Below, piece by piece: positions 30,424 through 39,476 of a stretch of 64,000 bases of DNA (its first letter is position 1; every line of letters starts with the position of its first letter). The stretch is taken from assembly GCA_965204725.1 (NCBI GenBank), contig OZ242005.1, forward strand, positions 1,888,001 through 1,952,000. Direction: 5' to 3'. Under the pieces are notes generated by a model. It was not told where the DNA came from. It saw only the letters and a list, made by a program, of their open reading frames with translations, and did no database searches. Made by a program: the position numbers and the translations under genes. Source of the stretch: Candidatus Latescibacterota bacterium (GTDB lineage: Bacteria; Latescibacterota; UBA2968; UBA8231).

Positions 30424-30662
30424 TTCTGCGGCTCCCGCTGCGGCCGGGAATCGAGGGCGTCCCGCCCTCAACGAGGGCAAGATGCCCTCGATCCGTGGAA
30501 GGCGCTTCTGCGGCTCCCGCTGCGGCCGGGAATCGAGGGCGTCCCGCCCTCAACGAGGGCAAGATGCCCTCGATCCGTAGAAGGCGTTTCTGCGGCTCCC
30601 GCTGCGGCCGGGATCGAGGGCGTCCCGCCCTCGACGAGGGCAAGATGCCCTCGATCCGTGGG
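30424..30662. repeat. Tandem array of three ~82 bp units, each with a family-A REP doublet (BIME/REPIN-like)
   Basis: Units start at 30424, 30506 and 30588; near-identical linkers TTCTGCGGCTCCCGCTGCGGCC. Confidence 0.92.
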
Positions 30663-30713
30663 AAGCGGAGGGCAGAGGGTGGGTAATAAAATCAAAACCA
30701 TAAGGAAGTACTC

Positions 30714-33700
30714 ATGGCTATTACCAATCAAGACCGCGTCGGCAAAGCCCTCGAACTCCTCAAGGCCGGGCTCGGCCCCTTTGTCGAGCGCGAGGTGCAA
30801 AACAAAATCGAGGCCGGTCGCGTCCAGCTAGACGTAATCCGGCGCTTTGTCGATGATCCACACCTGACGGACAAGCCCATCGCAAAATGGGACGTGGCCG
30901 CGCTCCTCAAGCTGATGTGGGAAACGTGGAACGACGTGTTCCGCAGTGTGCTGGGCCGGGTTGAGCGCAGCCTCGTCAGCGAAATCCGCGACCAACGCAA
31001 CAAGTGGGCGCACCAAAACAGCTTCTCCAGCGACGATGCCGACCGCACCCTCGACTCCATCGCCCGCCTGCTAACAGCCATCTCCGCGCCACAGGCCGAC
31101 GAGGTCCAGCACCTGAAGATGGAACTGCGCCGTCTGGTTTTTGAAGAGCAGGCGCGCACTGAACGCCGCCGCGGCGCGGGCACCACCGTTGAGAGCCAAG
31201 TCACCGGCAGCCTAAAGCCTTGGCGCGAGGTCGTGGCCCCGCATCGCGACGTGGCCAGCGGCGGCTACCAACAGGCCGAATTCGCCGCCGACCTGTGGCA
31301 GGTCCATCTCGGCCAAGGAACCGACGAGTACCGCAATCCAGTAGAATTCTTTCGCCGCACCTACCTCACCGAAAGCCTGAAGAGCTTGCTGAGCGGAGCG
31401 ATGCAGCGGCTAAGTGGCCAAGGCGGCGACCCGGTGGTGGAGCTACAAACCAACTTCGGCGGCGGCAAGACCCACTCCATGCTGGCCCTGTACCATCTAT
31501 TCTCAGGAATGCCAACCGGCGAGTTGCTGGGCATCAACGACCTGATGGCGGCGAGCGAAATCGCCGAGCGGCCCGAGCACGTCAAACGGGTCGTGCTGGT
31601 CGGCACCAAAATCTCGCCCGGCACCCCGTCGACCAAGGACGACGGCACCGTGGTCCGCACACTGTGGGGCGAACTGGCTTGGCAACTCGGCGGCAAGGCG
31701 GCCTTCGACAAAGTTCGGCAAGACGACGAGCGCGCCACCAACCCGGGCGACACCCTCCGCGAACTAATGAACGAATACGGGCCGTGCCTCATTTTGATCG
31801 ACGAATGGGTCGCCTATGCCCGCCAGTTGCACGACGACGCCGACCTGCCGGCCGGCCGCTTTGAAACCCACTTCAGCTTTGCCCAAACCTTGACCGAATC
31901 CGCCCGAGCGGCGAGCCGCTGTCTGCTGGTGATTAGCTTGCCATCCTCAGATACGGCGGCCTCTCCCCACGCCCAAGGCGAAGACGAGGAAGTCGGCGGC
32001 CGCCGCGGCCGGGAGGCACTGGCGCGGCTCAAAAACGTCGTTGGCCGCGTCGAATCCTCTTGGACGCCAGCGAGCACCGAGGAAGGCTTTGAGATCGTGC
32101 GCCGCCGTCTGTTCGAGCCCTTGAGCGAGCGGGCGCAATTTACCGCCCGCGACAATGTCTCGCGGGCCTTCGCCGACTTCTACCGCGCCCAGCAGGAGTT
32201 CCCGCCCGAATGCCGGGACGCCAACTACGAGCGCCGCCTGCGCGCGGCCTATCCAATCCATCCAGAGGTCTTCGACCGGCTCTACACAGACTGGTCGGCG
32301 CTGGTGAAGTTTCAGCGCACCCGCGGCGTCCTGCGGCTGATGGCCACGGTCATCCACAGCCTGTGGGAGCACGGCGACCGCAACCCGCTGATCATGCCGG
32401 CGCACATCCCCATTGACAACCCGCACGTCCGCAACGAGTTGACCCGCTACTTGCCCGACATCTGGACGCCGATCATTGAGACGGATGTCGATGGTCCGAA
32501 CGCGCTGCCGCCGCGCATTGACGGCGAGGTCGCCAACTTGGGCAAATTCTCGGCGACCCGCCGGGTGGCGCGGACCGTGTACCTCGGCTCTGCCCCGACG
32601 ACTTCGGCGGCCAATCGCGGCATTGAGGACCGCCGCATCAAGCTCGGCTGCGCGATGCCGGGCGAAACCCCGGCGATCTTTGGCGATGCCCTGCGACGCC
32701 TCGGTACGCAGGCGACGTACCTCTATCAGGACGGCCCGCGCTACTGGTTCTCAACCCAGCCGACCGTCACCAAGTTGGCCGAAGACCGGGCCGATCAACT
32801 CAAGCGCGATCGCACGCCGGTCGAGGCCGAGATCGCCCAGCGGTTGCGCACCGACTTGCGCGCCGCAGGCGATTTTCAGCGCATCCACCCCGTGCCGCAA
32901 TCCACGGCGGACGTGCCCGACGATATGGACGCCCGTCTGGTGGTGCTGGGGCCTGAGCACCCGCACAGCAGCGGGTCGAACAGCAAAGCGCAAGCCGCGG
33001 CCACCGCCATGCTCGAAAATCGCGGCAACACCCCGCGACTCTTTCGCAATGCGCTGATTTTCCTCGCCGTTGACCAGACCCGCCAGCAGGATTTGGAGGA
33101 AGCGGTTCGTCGCTACTTGGCGTGGTCGTCCATTCTTCAAGAAAAAGAAGCCCTCAACCTCGACCCGCATCAGGTGCGGCAGGCCGAAGCGCAGTTGAAG
33201 TCCGAGGATGACGCCGTGGTTGGACGGCTGCCGGAGGCCTACCAGTGGCTGCTCGTGCCCGTGCAGTCCACGCCACAGGCCGCTGTCAAGTGGCAGGCGC
33301 TGCGGCTGGCTGGGCAGGACCCGCTCGCCGTCCGGGCCAGCAAGAAGCTGCGCTCGGAAGAGCTGTTGGTGCCGGTGCTCGCGGGTACGCGCCTGCGCTT
33401 GGAGCTCGACCGGGTGCCCCTGTGGCGCGACGATCACGTGGAAATCCGCCAGTTGGCCGACCACTTCGCCCGCTATCTCTACCTCCCCCGCCTCGCCGGG
33501 CCAACGGTCCTCATTGCGGCCATTCAAGACGGGTTGGGGCTCCTCCTCTGGAACGAAGAATCGTTCGCCTACGCCGATGCCTTCGACGAGGCCACCGGCC
33601 GCTATCGCGGACTCCGCTGTGGCCGCACGGTCGCGCTGATTAGCCCTACGAGCGATGGGCTGCTGGTCAAGCCCGAAGTCGCGCTCGCACAGCAGAACGC

Positions 33701-34037
33701 CGAGCCGAAGGCCGCGGACCCCAGGGCGAACAGCGGCGTCGCTGAGCCGGGTGCCAGCACCAAGCCAGCACTAGAGCCAACGCCGGCCCCACCTGAGCCG
33801 AAGGCGCGGCGCTTTCACGGTGCGGTCGCCCTCGATGCCACCCGCGTCGGGCGCGACGCGAGTCAGGTAGCCGATGAGGTCATTGCCCACCTAGCCGGCT
33901 TGGTGGGTGCGAAAGTGACCGTAACCCTAGAGATAGCAGCGGAAATCCCCGCGGGTGCGCCCGACCACGTCGTGCGTACCGTCACCGAAAACAGCCGGAC
34001 GCTCAAGTTCGTCAGCCAAGGTTTTGAAAGCGAATAG
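30714..34037 (+). CDS. DUF499-family AAA+ ATPase with N-terminal Swt1-like HEPN domain
   Basis: RNKWAH (Rx4H), LKPWREV..PH.DV, Walker A QTNFGGGKTHS, Walker B ILIDEW, YPIHP, FQRTRGVLRL. Confidence 0.9.
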   Translation: MAITNQDRVGKALELLKAGLGPFVEREVQNKIEAGRVQLDVIRRFVDDPHLTDKPIAKWDVAALLKLMWETWNDVFRSVLGRVERSLVSEIRDQRNKWAHQNSFSSDDADRTLDSIARLLTAISAPQADEVQHLKMELRRLVFEEQARTERRRGAGTTVESQVTGSLKPWREVVAPHRDVASGGYQQAEFAADLWQVHLGQGTDEYRNPVEFFRRTYLTESLKSLLSGAMQRLSGQGGDPVVELQTNFGGGKTHSMLALYHLFSGMPTGELLGINDLMAASEIAERPEHVKRVVLVGTKISPGTPSTKDDGTVVRTLWGELAWQLGGKAAFDKVRQDDERATNPGDTLRELMNEYGPCLILIDEWVAYARQLHDDADLPAGRFETHFSFAQTLTESARAASRCLLVISLPSSDTAASPHAQGEDEEVGGRRGREALARLKNVVGRVESSWTPASTEEGFEIVRRRLFEPLSERAQFTARDNVSRAFADFYRAQQEFPPECRDANYERRLRAAYPIHPEVFDRLYTDWSALVKFQRTRGVLRLMATVIHSLWEHGDRNPLIMPAHIPIDNPHVRNELTRYLPDIWTPIIETDVDGPNALPPRIDGEVANLGKFSATRRVARTVYLGSAPTTSAANRGIEDRRIKLGCAMPGETPAIFGDALRRLGTQATYLYQDGPRYWFSTQPTVTKLAEDRADQLKRDRTPVEAEIAQRLRTDLRAAGDFQRIHPVPQSTADVPDDMDARLVVLGPEHPHSSGSNSKAQAAATAMLENRGNTPRLFRNALIFLAVDQTRQQDLEEAVRRYLAWSSILQEKEALNLDPHQVRQAEAQLKSEDDAVVGRLPEAYQWLLVPVQSTPQAAVKWQALRLAGQDPLAVRASKKLRSEELLVPVLAGTRLRLELDRVPLWRDDHVEIRQLADHFARYLYLPRLAGPTVLIAAIQDGLGLLLWNEESFAYADAFDEATGRYRGLRCGRTVALISPTSDGLLVKPEVALAQQNAEPKAADPRANSGVAEPGASTKPALEPTPAPPEPKARRFHGAVALDATRVGRDASQVADEVIAHLAGLVGAKVTVTLEIAAEIPAGAPDHVVRTVTENSRTLKFVSQGFESE

Positions 34038-37000
34038 CCCGCAGGTAACGCTCGAAGACCTCCAGCCCGACGCCGCGGTGCGGGGCATTCTCCCCGAGGG
34101 ACTCGCAGTGGTCGTCAGCGTGCAGTGGTTTGGCTCCGAGGCCCTAGAACTGACCTACAAGACGCCGACTGGCAAGGTCGCCAACGAGCTGCTCTACCGC
34201 ACCGACGAGGCGCGGCTCGAAGTGGTGGAACAGGGGCGGCCCTGGAGTTTTGACGGCGACGGCGCGCTGTTCCGGCTGGTGTCTGAGGCGTTGCGCATCC
34301 GCCTCGCGCATCTGTTCGATCCCGTGCTGGCGGTTCACACTTCGGTCGTCGATCCGTTGCCCCACCAAATCACCGCAGTGTACGAATCCATGCTGCCGCG
34401 CCAGCCGCTGCGCTTCCTCCTCGCCGACGATCCGGGCGCTGGCAAGACCGTCATGGCGGGCCTACTCATCAAGGAATTGATCGCCCGAGGCGATATCGAG
34501 CGGTGCCTGATCGTCTGCCCCGGCAGCCTCGCCGAGCAATGGCAGGACGAACTCTACCGGCGCTTTGAGTTGCCCTTTGAGATTATGACCAACGACAAGC
34601 TCGAAGCCGCTCGCACCGGCAACTGGTTTTTGGAAGCCGATCTCGTCATCGCCCGCCTCGACAAGCTAGCGCGCGACGAACAGGTGCAGCACAAGCTCCA
34701 AGCACCGGACGCGGGCTGGGATATGGTCATCTGCGACGAGGCGCACAAGATGTCGGCCCGTTTCTTCGGGGGCGAGATTCGCTACACCAAGCGCTATCGG
34801 CTCGGACAGCTTCTGTCCGGGCGGGCGCGCCACTTCTTGCTGATGACGGCGACGCCGCACAACGGCAAGGAAGAGGAATTCCAACTCTTCATGGCACTAC
34901 TCGACAGCGACCGCTTCGAGGGCCGCTTCCGCGATGGTGTCCATCGGGCCGATGTCTCGGACCTGATGCGGCGCATGGTCAAGGAGCGGCTGCTCAAGTT
35001 CGATGGCAAGCCCCTGTTCCCCGAGCGCATCGCCTACACGGTGCCCTACCAACTCTCAGCCGCCGAAGCCCAGCTCTACGAGGCGGTCACCGACTATGTG
35101 CGAAAGGAGTTCAATCGGGCGGACGCACTCGCCAACGCCAAGCGGGCCGGCACGGTCGGCTTCGCTCTAACGATCCTCCAGCGGCGGCTCGCTTCGTCGC
35201 CCGAGGCGCTCTACCAGTCGCTACGCCGCCGGCGCGAGCGTTTGGAGGGCCGCTTGGGCTCCCAGCACCCCGGCTCGGCCACTGGCCCCGATCTCGCAGC
35301 CGAAGACATCGAGGATCTCGACGACGCACCCGAGCACGAGGTCGAGGCCGCCGAAACGCGCATCCTCGACCAAGCGACCGCGGCCCGCTCCATCGCGGAG
35401 TTGAAGGCCGAAATCGAAGCCCTGAAGATGCTGGAAAGTCGGGCACTTGCCGTGCGTCGGCGCGGGGAAGACGCCAAGTGGCGGGAGCTTGCAAGCCTGC
35501 TCAGCGAGGTTTTTACGGCGTCTGGCCTAGCGGGCCGCACCGGAGAACCGACCGCGCTCTACGGCCGGGGCGAGATCCCGCGTCCGGCCCCTTCCCCGCA
35601 CCAGAAATTGGTGCTCTTCACCGAGCACCGCGACACACTCCACTACCTGCAGGACCGCATCGCCATTTTGCTCGGGCGCGAAGAGTCCGTGGTCGTCATT
35701 CACGGGGGCCTAGACCGCGAAGATCGCCACCAAGTGCAGGAAGCCTTCCGCCACGACCCCGCGGTCCAAGTGCTACTGGCCACCGACGCCGCGGGCGAAG
35801 GGATCAACCTCCAGCAGGCGCACCTGATGGTCAACTACGACCTCCCGTGGAACCCCAACCGCCTAGAGCAACGCTTCGGCCGCATCCACCGAATCGGCCA
35901 GACGGAAGTGTGCCACCTGTGGAATCTAGTCGCGAACGAAACCCGCGAGGGCGACGTGTACCAACGCCTGCTCAAGAAACTAGAACTGGCGCGGCAGGCC
36001 CTCGGCGGTCAGGTGTTTGACGTCCTCGGCAAGCTCGAGTTCGAGGGGCGACCGTTGCGGGACCTCCTGCTCGAAGCCATTCGCTATGGCGAGCAGCCAG
36101 CCGTGCGCGCCCGCCTCGACACGGCCGTTGATCAGGCCCTCGACCGGAGCGCGTTACAGGACCTGCTAGCGGAGCGGCAGCTCGTCCACGATGCGATGGA
36201 CGCCAGCCGCTTGCAGCGGGTCCGCCAAGAGATGGAGCGAGCCGAGGCGCGCCGCCTCCAGCCTCACTACATTGAGGCGTTTTTTCTGGAGGCGTTCCAG
36301 CGGCTCGGGGGATCGGCCCGGCAGCGCGAACCGCGTCGCTACGAAGTTACGCAGGTCCCCGCGCCGGTCCGCAATCAAGGTGGGCCAATCCTCGACCGCT
36401 ACGCCCGGATCGCCTTCGACAAGTCGCTGGTCGCGCCCCCCGGCCAACCCGCAGCGGCCTTTGTTTGCCCGGGGCACGCCTTACTGGACGCCGTCCTCGA
36501 CCGGACGCTGGAGCGTCATCGCGATCTGCTCAAGCGCGGAGCGGTGCTGGTTGACGAGCGCGATCCGGGGCCGACCCCACGGGTGCTCTTTTATCTCGAA
36601 CACGCTCTCCAAGACGCCAGCCGGACGCGGCGGGGCGACCGCCGGACGGTCTCCAAGCGAATCCTCTACATCGAAATCAACGCCACGGGCAACGCCCGCT
36701 GCCTGCACTACGCCCCCTACTTGGATTATCGGCCGCTAGCTCAAGACGAGCCTAGCGTTGAGGCCATCTTGGAGCGACCGGAATGCGCGTGGGTCAACCA
36801 AGAAGTGGAGGAGCAAGCACGAGCCTATGCGGTGGCTCACGGCGTCCCCGAGCACGTAGCCCAAGTCCGCGATCCCAAGCTGGCGTTGATCGCCAAGACC
36901 GAGGCGGCCGTCAAGGATCGCCTGACCAAAGAAATCTCCTATTGGGACCACCGCGCCGAACAACTCAAGCTACAGGAGCAGGCCGGCGCGAGCGGTGCGC

Positions 37001-37560
37001 GGCTCAACTCGGACGAAGCGCGCAAACGGGCCGATGCGTTGCAGGCTCGGTTGCACAAGAGGCTACAGGAGTTACAACTCGAAGCCCAAATCTCGCCGCT
37101 GCCGCCGGTGGTGCTCGGCGGCTTGCTCGTGGTCCCGCAGGGGCTGGTGGACGCCATGGTGGGACGCCGATCGCCGGTAGATACGCAGGCGGCGGCCGCT
37201 CGGGCGCGGGAAGTCGTCATGGGAGTAGAGCGCGACCTCGGCTTCGAGCCGGAGGATCGGGAGTTTGAAAAACTCGGCTACGATATCGAGTCGCGAGTGC
37301 CCAGCACCGGGCGGCTGCGCTTCATCGAGGTCAAGGGGCGCGTCCGCGGGGCGGCGACCATCACGGTGACCAAAAACGAAATTCTCTACAGCCTCAATAA
37401 GCCCGACGACTTTATCCTCGCCATCGTCGAGTTCTTGGACGACGGCGAGCACTGTGTCCACTATCTGCGCCGCCCTTTCCAGCGCGAACCCGACTTTGGC
37501 GTCACCAGCGTCAACTACGACTTCGCCGAGCTGCTAGCACGGGCCGAGGCCCCAGCCTAA
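34024..37560 (+). CDS. SNF2-family helicase with C-terminal DUF3883 (NOV_C) nuclease domain (start uncertain)
   Basis: LADDPGAGKT, DEAH, TATPH, EGINLQ, QRFGRIHRIGQ; C-terminal GYDIES...FIEVKG...NE. Confidence 0.92.
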   Translation: MKANSPQVTLEDLQPDAAVRGILPEGLAVVVSVQWFGSEALELTYKTPTGKVANELLYRTDEARLEVVEQGRPWSFDGDGALFRLVSEALRIRLAHLFDPVLAVHTSVVDPLPHQITAVYESMLPRQPLRFLLADDPGAGKTVMAGLLIKELIARGDIERCLIVCPGSLAEQWQDELYRRFELPFEIMTNDKLEAARTGNWFLEADLVIARLDKLARDEQVQHKLQAPDAGWDMVICDEAHKMSARFFGGEIRYTKRYRLGQLLSGRARHFLLMTATPHNGKEEEFQLFMALLDSDRFEGRFRDGVHRADVSDLMRRMVKERLLKFDGKPLFPERIAYTVPYQLSAAEAQLYEAVTDYVRKEFNRADALANAKRAGTVGFALTILQRRLASSPEALYQSLRRRRERLEGRLGSQHPGSATGPDLAAEDIEDLDDAPEHEVEAAETRILDQATAARSIAELKAEIEALKMLESRALAVRRRGEDAKWRELASLLSEVFTASGLAGRTGEPTALYGRGEIPRPAPSPHQKLVLFTEHRDTLHYLQDRIAILLGREESVVVIHGGLDREDRHQVQEAFRHDPAVQVLLATDAAGEGINLQQAHLMVNYDLPWNPNRLEQRFGRIHRIGQTEVCHLWNLVANETREGDVYQRLLKKLELARQALGGQVFDVLGKLEFEGRPLRDLLLEAIRYGEQPAVRARLDTAVDQALDRSALQDLLAERQLVHDAMDASRLQRVRQEMERAEARRLQPHYIEAFFLEAFQRLGGSARQREPRRYEVTQVPAPVRNQGGPILDRYARIAFDKSLVAPPGQPAAAFVCPGHALLDAVLDRTLERHRDLLKRGAVLVDERDPGPTPRVLFYLEHALQDASRTRRGDRRTVSKRILYIEINATGNARCLHYAPYLDYRPLAQDEPSVEAILERPECAWVNQEVEEQARAYAVAHGVPEHVAQVRDPKLALIAKTEAAVKDRLTKEISYWDHRAEQLKLQEQAGASGARLNSDEARKRADALQARLHKRLQELQLEAQISPLPPVVLGGLLVVPQGLVDAMVGRRSPVDTQAAAARAREVVMGVERDLGFEPEDREFEKLGYDIESRVPSTGRLRFIEVKGRVRGAATITVTKNEILYSLNKPDDFILAIVEFLDDGEHCVHYLRRPFQREPDFGVTSVNYDFAELLARAEAPA

Positions 37561-37573
37561 CCACCCAACAACC

Positions 37574-38686
37574 ATGACCCCCTACTGCCCCGCTCCCCAC
37601 GACTGGCAACGCCGCAGCCCCGCCCAAGCCGGCTTTGATGCCGACAAACTGGCCGCGGCGCTGGCCTTTGCCCAGACCCAAGCGATCCAAGGCTCCACCG
37701 ACTTGACCGCCATGCTGCCCAAAGGCGACCGCCACCCCAACGACCGTCCGTTAGGTCCGCTCAAAAAACGAGGTCCCACGGCTGGCTTGATCGTGCGGCA
37801 AGGGTATCTGGTCGCGGCCTTCGGCCCGGTCGCCAGCGTCGAAGTCACGTTTAGTTGCGCCAAGAGCTATATCTCGGCACTGGCCGGCGTGGCCTTTGAC
37901 CAAGGGTTAATCCGCGACTTGGACGAGCCGGTCGGCCGCACGGTCTTGGATGGCGGCTTTGACGCGCCGCAAAATCAGTCCATCACTTGGCGGCATTTGC
38001 TCCAGCAGACCAGCGAGTGGGAAGGCGAACTCTTCGGCCTGCCCGACTGGATCGACCGGGGCCGCCAACTGGGCCAAGGGGCGGCCGAAGCCACGGTGGG
38101 CGGCACCGCCTCCAGCGCCGACAATTACCGCTCGCTCGAACCGCCCGGCACCTTTTGGGAATACAACGATGTACGCGTCAACCGCACGGCCCTCAGCTTA
38201 CTGCGCCTTTTTCGCGGCCCTTTGCCCCCCGTGCTCAAACAGACCATCATGGACCCCATTGGGGCCTCTCCTACTTGGGAATGGCACGGGTACGAAACCT
38301 CCTATGTCGAGGAAAACCAGCAACGGGTCCAATCGGTATCCGGCGGCACCCACTGGGGCGGCGGCCTGTGGATCTCCACCTATGACCACGCCCGCTTTGG
38401 CCTGCTCTTTGAGCGGCGAGGGCGTTGGAATGGCCGACAAATCCTCTCCGAAGAGTGGATTGACCACGCCCTCACTCCCTGCCCCATCAAGCCCGAATAC
38501 GGCTTCCTGTGGTGGCTCAACCACCAACGCGACCTGTCCGACTTGGCCGGTCCCGACAGCTTTGCGGCCCGCGGGGCCGGCGGCCATGTCGTCTTTGTCG
38601 AGCCTGAGCGCGAGTTGGTCATTGTCCTGCGCTGGTGCGGCGCGGCCAAGGCCGTGATCGACCGCATCCTCGCCAGCGAAGTTTGA
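37574..38686 (+). CDS. Serine hydrolase, beta-lactamase family
   Basis: SxxK (FSCAKS), HLL..TS, YND, ARFGLL. Confidence 0.88.
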   Translation: MTPYCPAPHDWQRRSPAQAGFDADKLAAALAFAQTQAIQGSTDLTAMLPKGDRHPNDRPLGPLKKRGPTAGLIVRQGYLVAAFGPVASVEVTFSCAKSYISALAGVAFDQGLIRDLDEPVGRTVLDGGFDAPQNQSITWRHLLQQTSEWEGELFGLPDWIDRGRQLGQGAAEATVGGTASSADNYRSLEPPGTFWEYNDVRVNRTALSLLRLFRGPLPPVLKQTIMDPIGASPTWEWHGYETSYVEENQQRVQSVSGGTHWGGGLWISTYDHARFGLLFERRGRWNGRQILSEEWIDHALTPCPIKPEYGFLWWLNHQRDLSDLAGPDSFAARGAGGHVVFVEPERELVIVLRWCGAAKAVIDRILASEV

Positions 38687-38910
38687 CCCCGTATCGGGGC
38701 ACGGGGGGACGGTCTAGCAAAGGGGGCACGGGGCGGGAATCCAAGGGGGCGGGGCGGGTCACACCCTCAAATAGTAACCAACCGCATCGCCCCTGAAAAG
38801 CAATCGCCGCGCCTTGAGCCATCCGCTAGCCGCTCCGTATATTCTCAGCCCATTTCCAAACGAAAGTTCAAGGCATTCCGCAAGGTTGCCGACTGCCGCA
38901 AGGATTTGCT

Positions 38911-39351
38911 GTGACTGCAAACACGTTCCTTCAAGAAGCCAATTCGGAAGGCATCGTGCGTTATGTCGTCGGTGCGGTTATTGCCAAAGAAGACACCGTC
39001 CTCCTGCTTCGCCGTAAAATTGACGACTTTATGGGCGGTATTTACGAGTTACCGAGCGGTCAGGTTGACGACAGCGAGTCACTTGAGAGTGCCCTTAGGC
39101 GTGAAGTTCTCGAGGAAACAGGTCTCGATATGGTCGAGATTCGCCGCCATCTGTCCAACTTTGATTACGAGTCCAAGAGTGGTACTCCAACGCGCCAGTT
39201 CAACTTCGAGGTACGCGTATGCTGTGCAAGCCCAGTTCAACTCACGGAACATGACGCGCATATTTGGGTAAGTATGTGCGACATCGGATACTACGAAGTC
39301 ACGCCTAGCGTCCGTAAGGTATTGGACGCGTTCTGGAGCAGTTCGGAATAG
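38911..39351 (+). CDS. NUDIX hydrolase
   Basis: Nudix box GQVDDSESLESALRREVLEETGL. Confidence 0.88.
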   Translation: MTANTFLQEANSEGIVRYVVGAVIAKEDTVLLLRRKIDDFMGGIYELPSGQVDDSESLESALRREVLEETGLDMVEIRRHLSNFDYESKSGTPTRQFNFEVRVCCASPVQLTEHDAHIWVSMCDIGYYEVTPSVRKVLDAFWSSSE

Positions 39352-39476
39352 TTGTTTTTCCCCGACGTGCGCGACAGTAAGATGGGGTTCATAAAAAGGC
39401 CGACACCCGATCCAACCGAGTGCCGACCTAGACCTAATCTACCAACAAAAAAGACAGACAAACCTACTCGTCATCG

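Noticed and set aside
30424-30662. Possible CRISPR array
   Set aside because: The would-be spacers are near-identical, the unit is a REP doublet, and no cas genes are present
30358-30831. ORFs spanning the REP array
   Set aside because: Repeat-derived translations without RBS or domain signal
20969-37560. BREX or DISARM assignment
   Set aside because: No PglZ, BrxL, DrmA/DrmB or PLD gene recognised; content fits the DUF499/DUF1156/SNF2 restriction-like type
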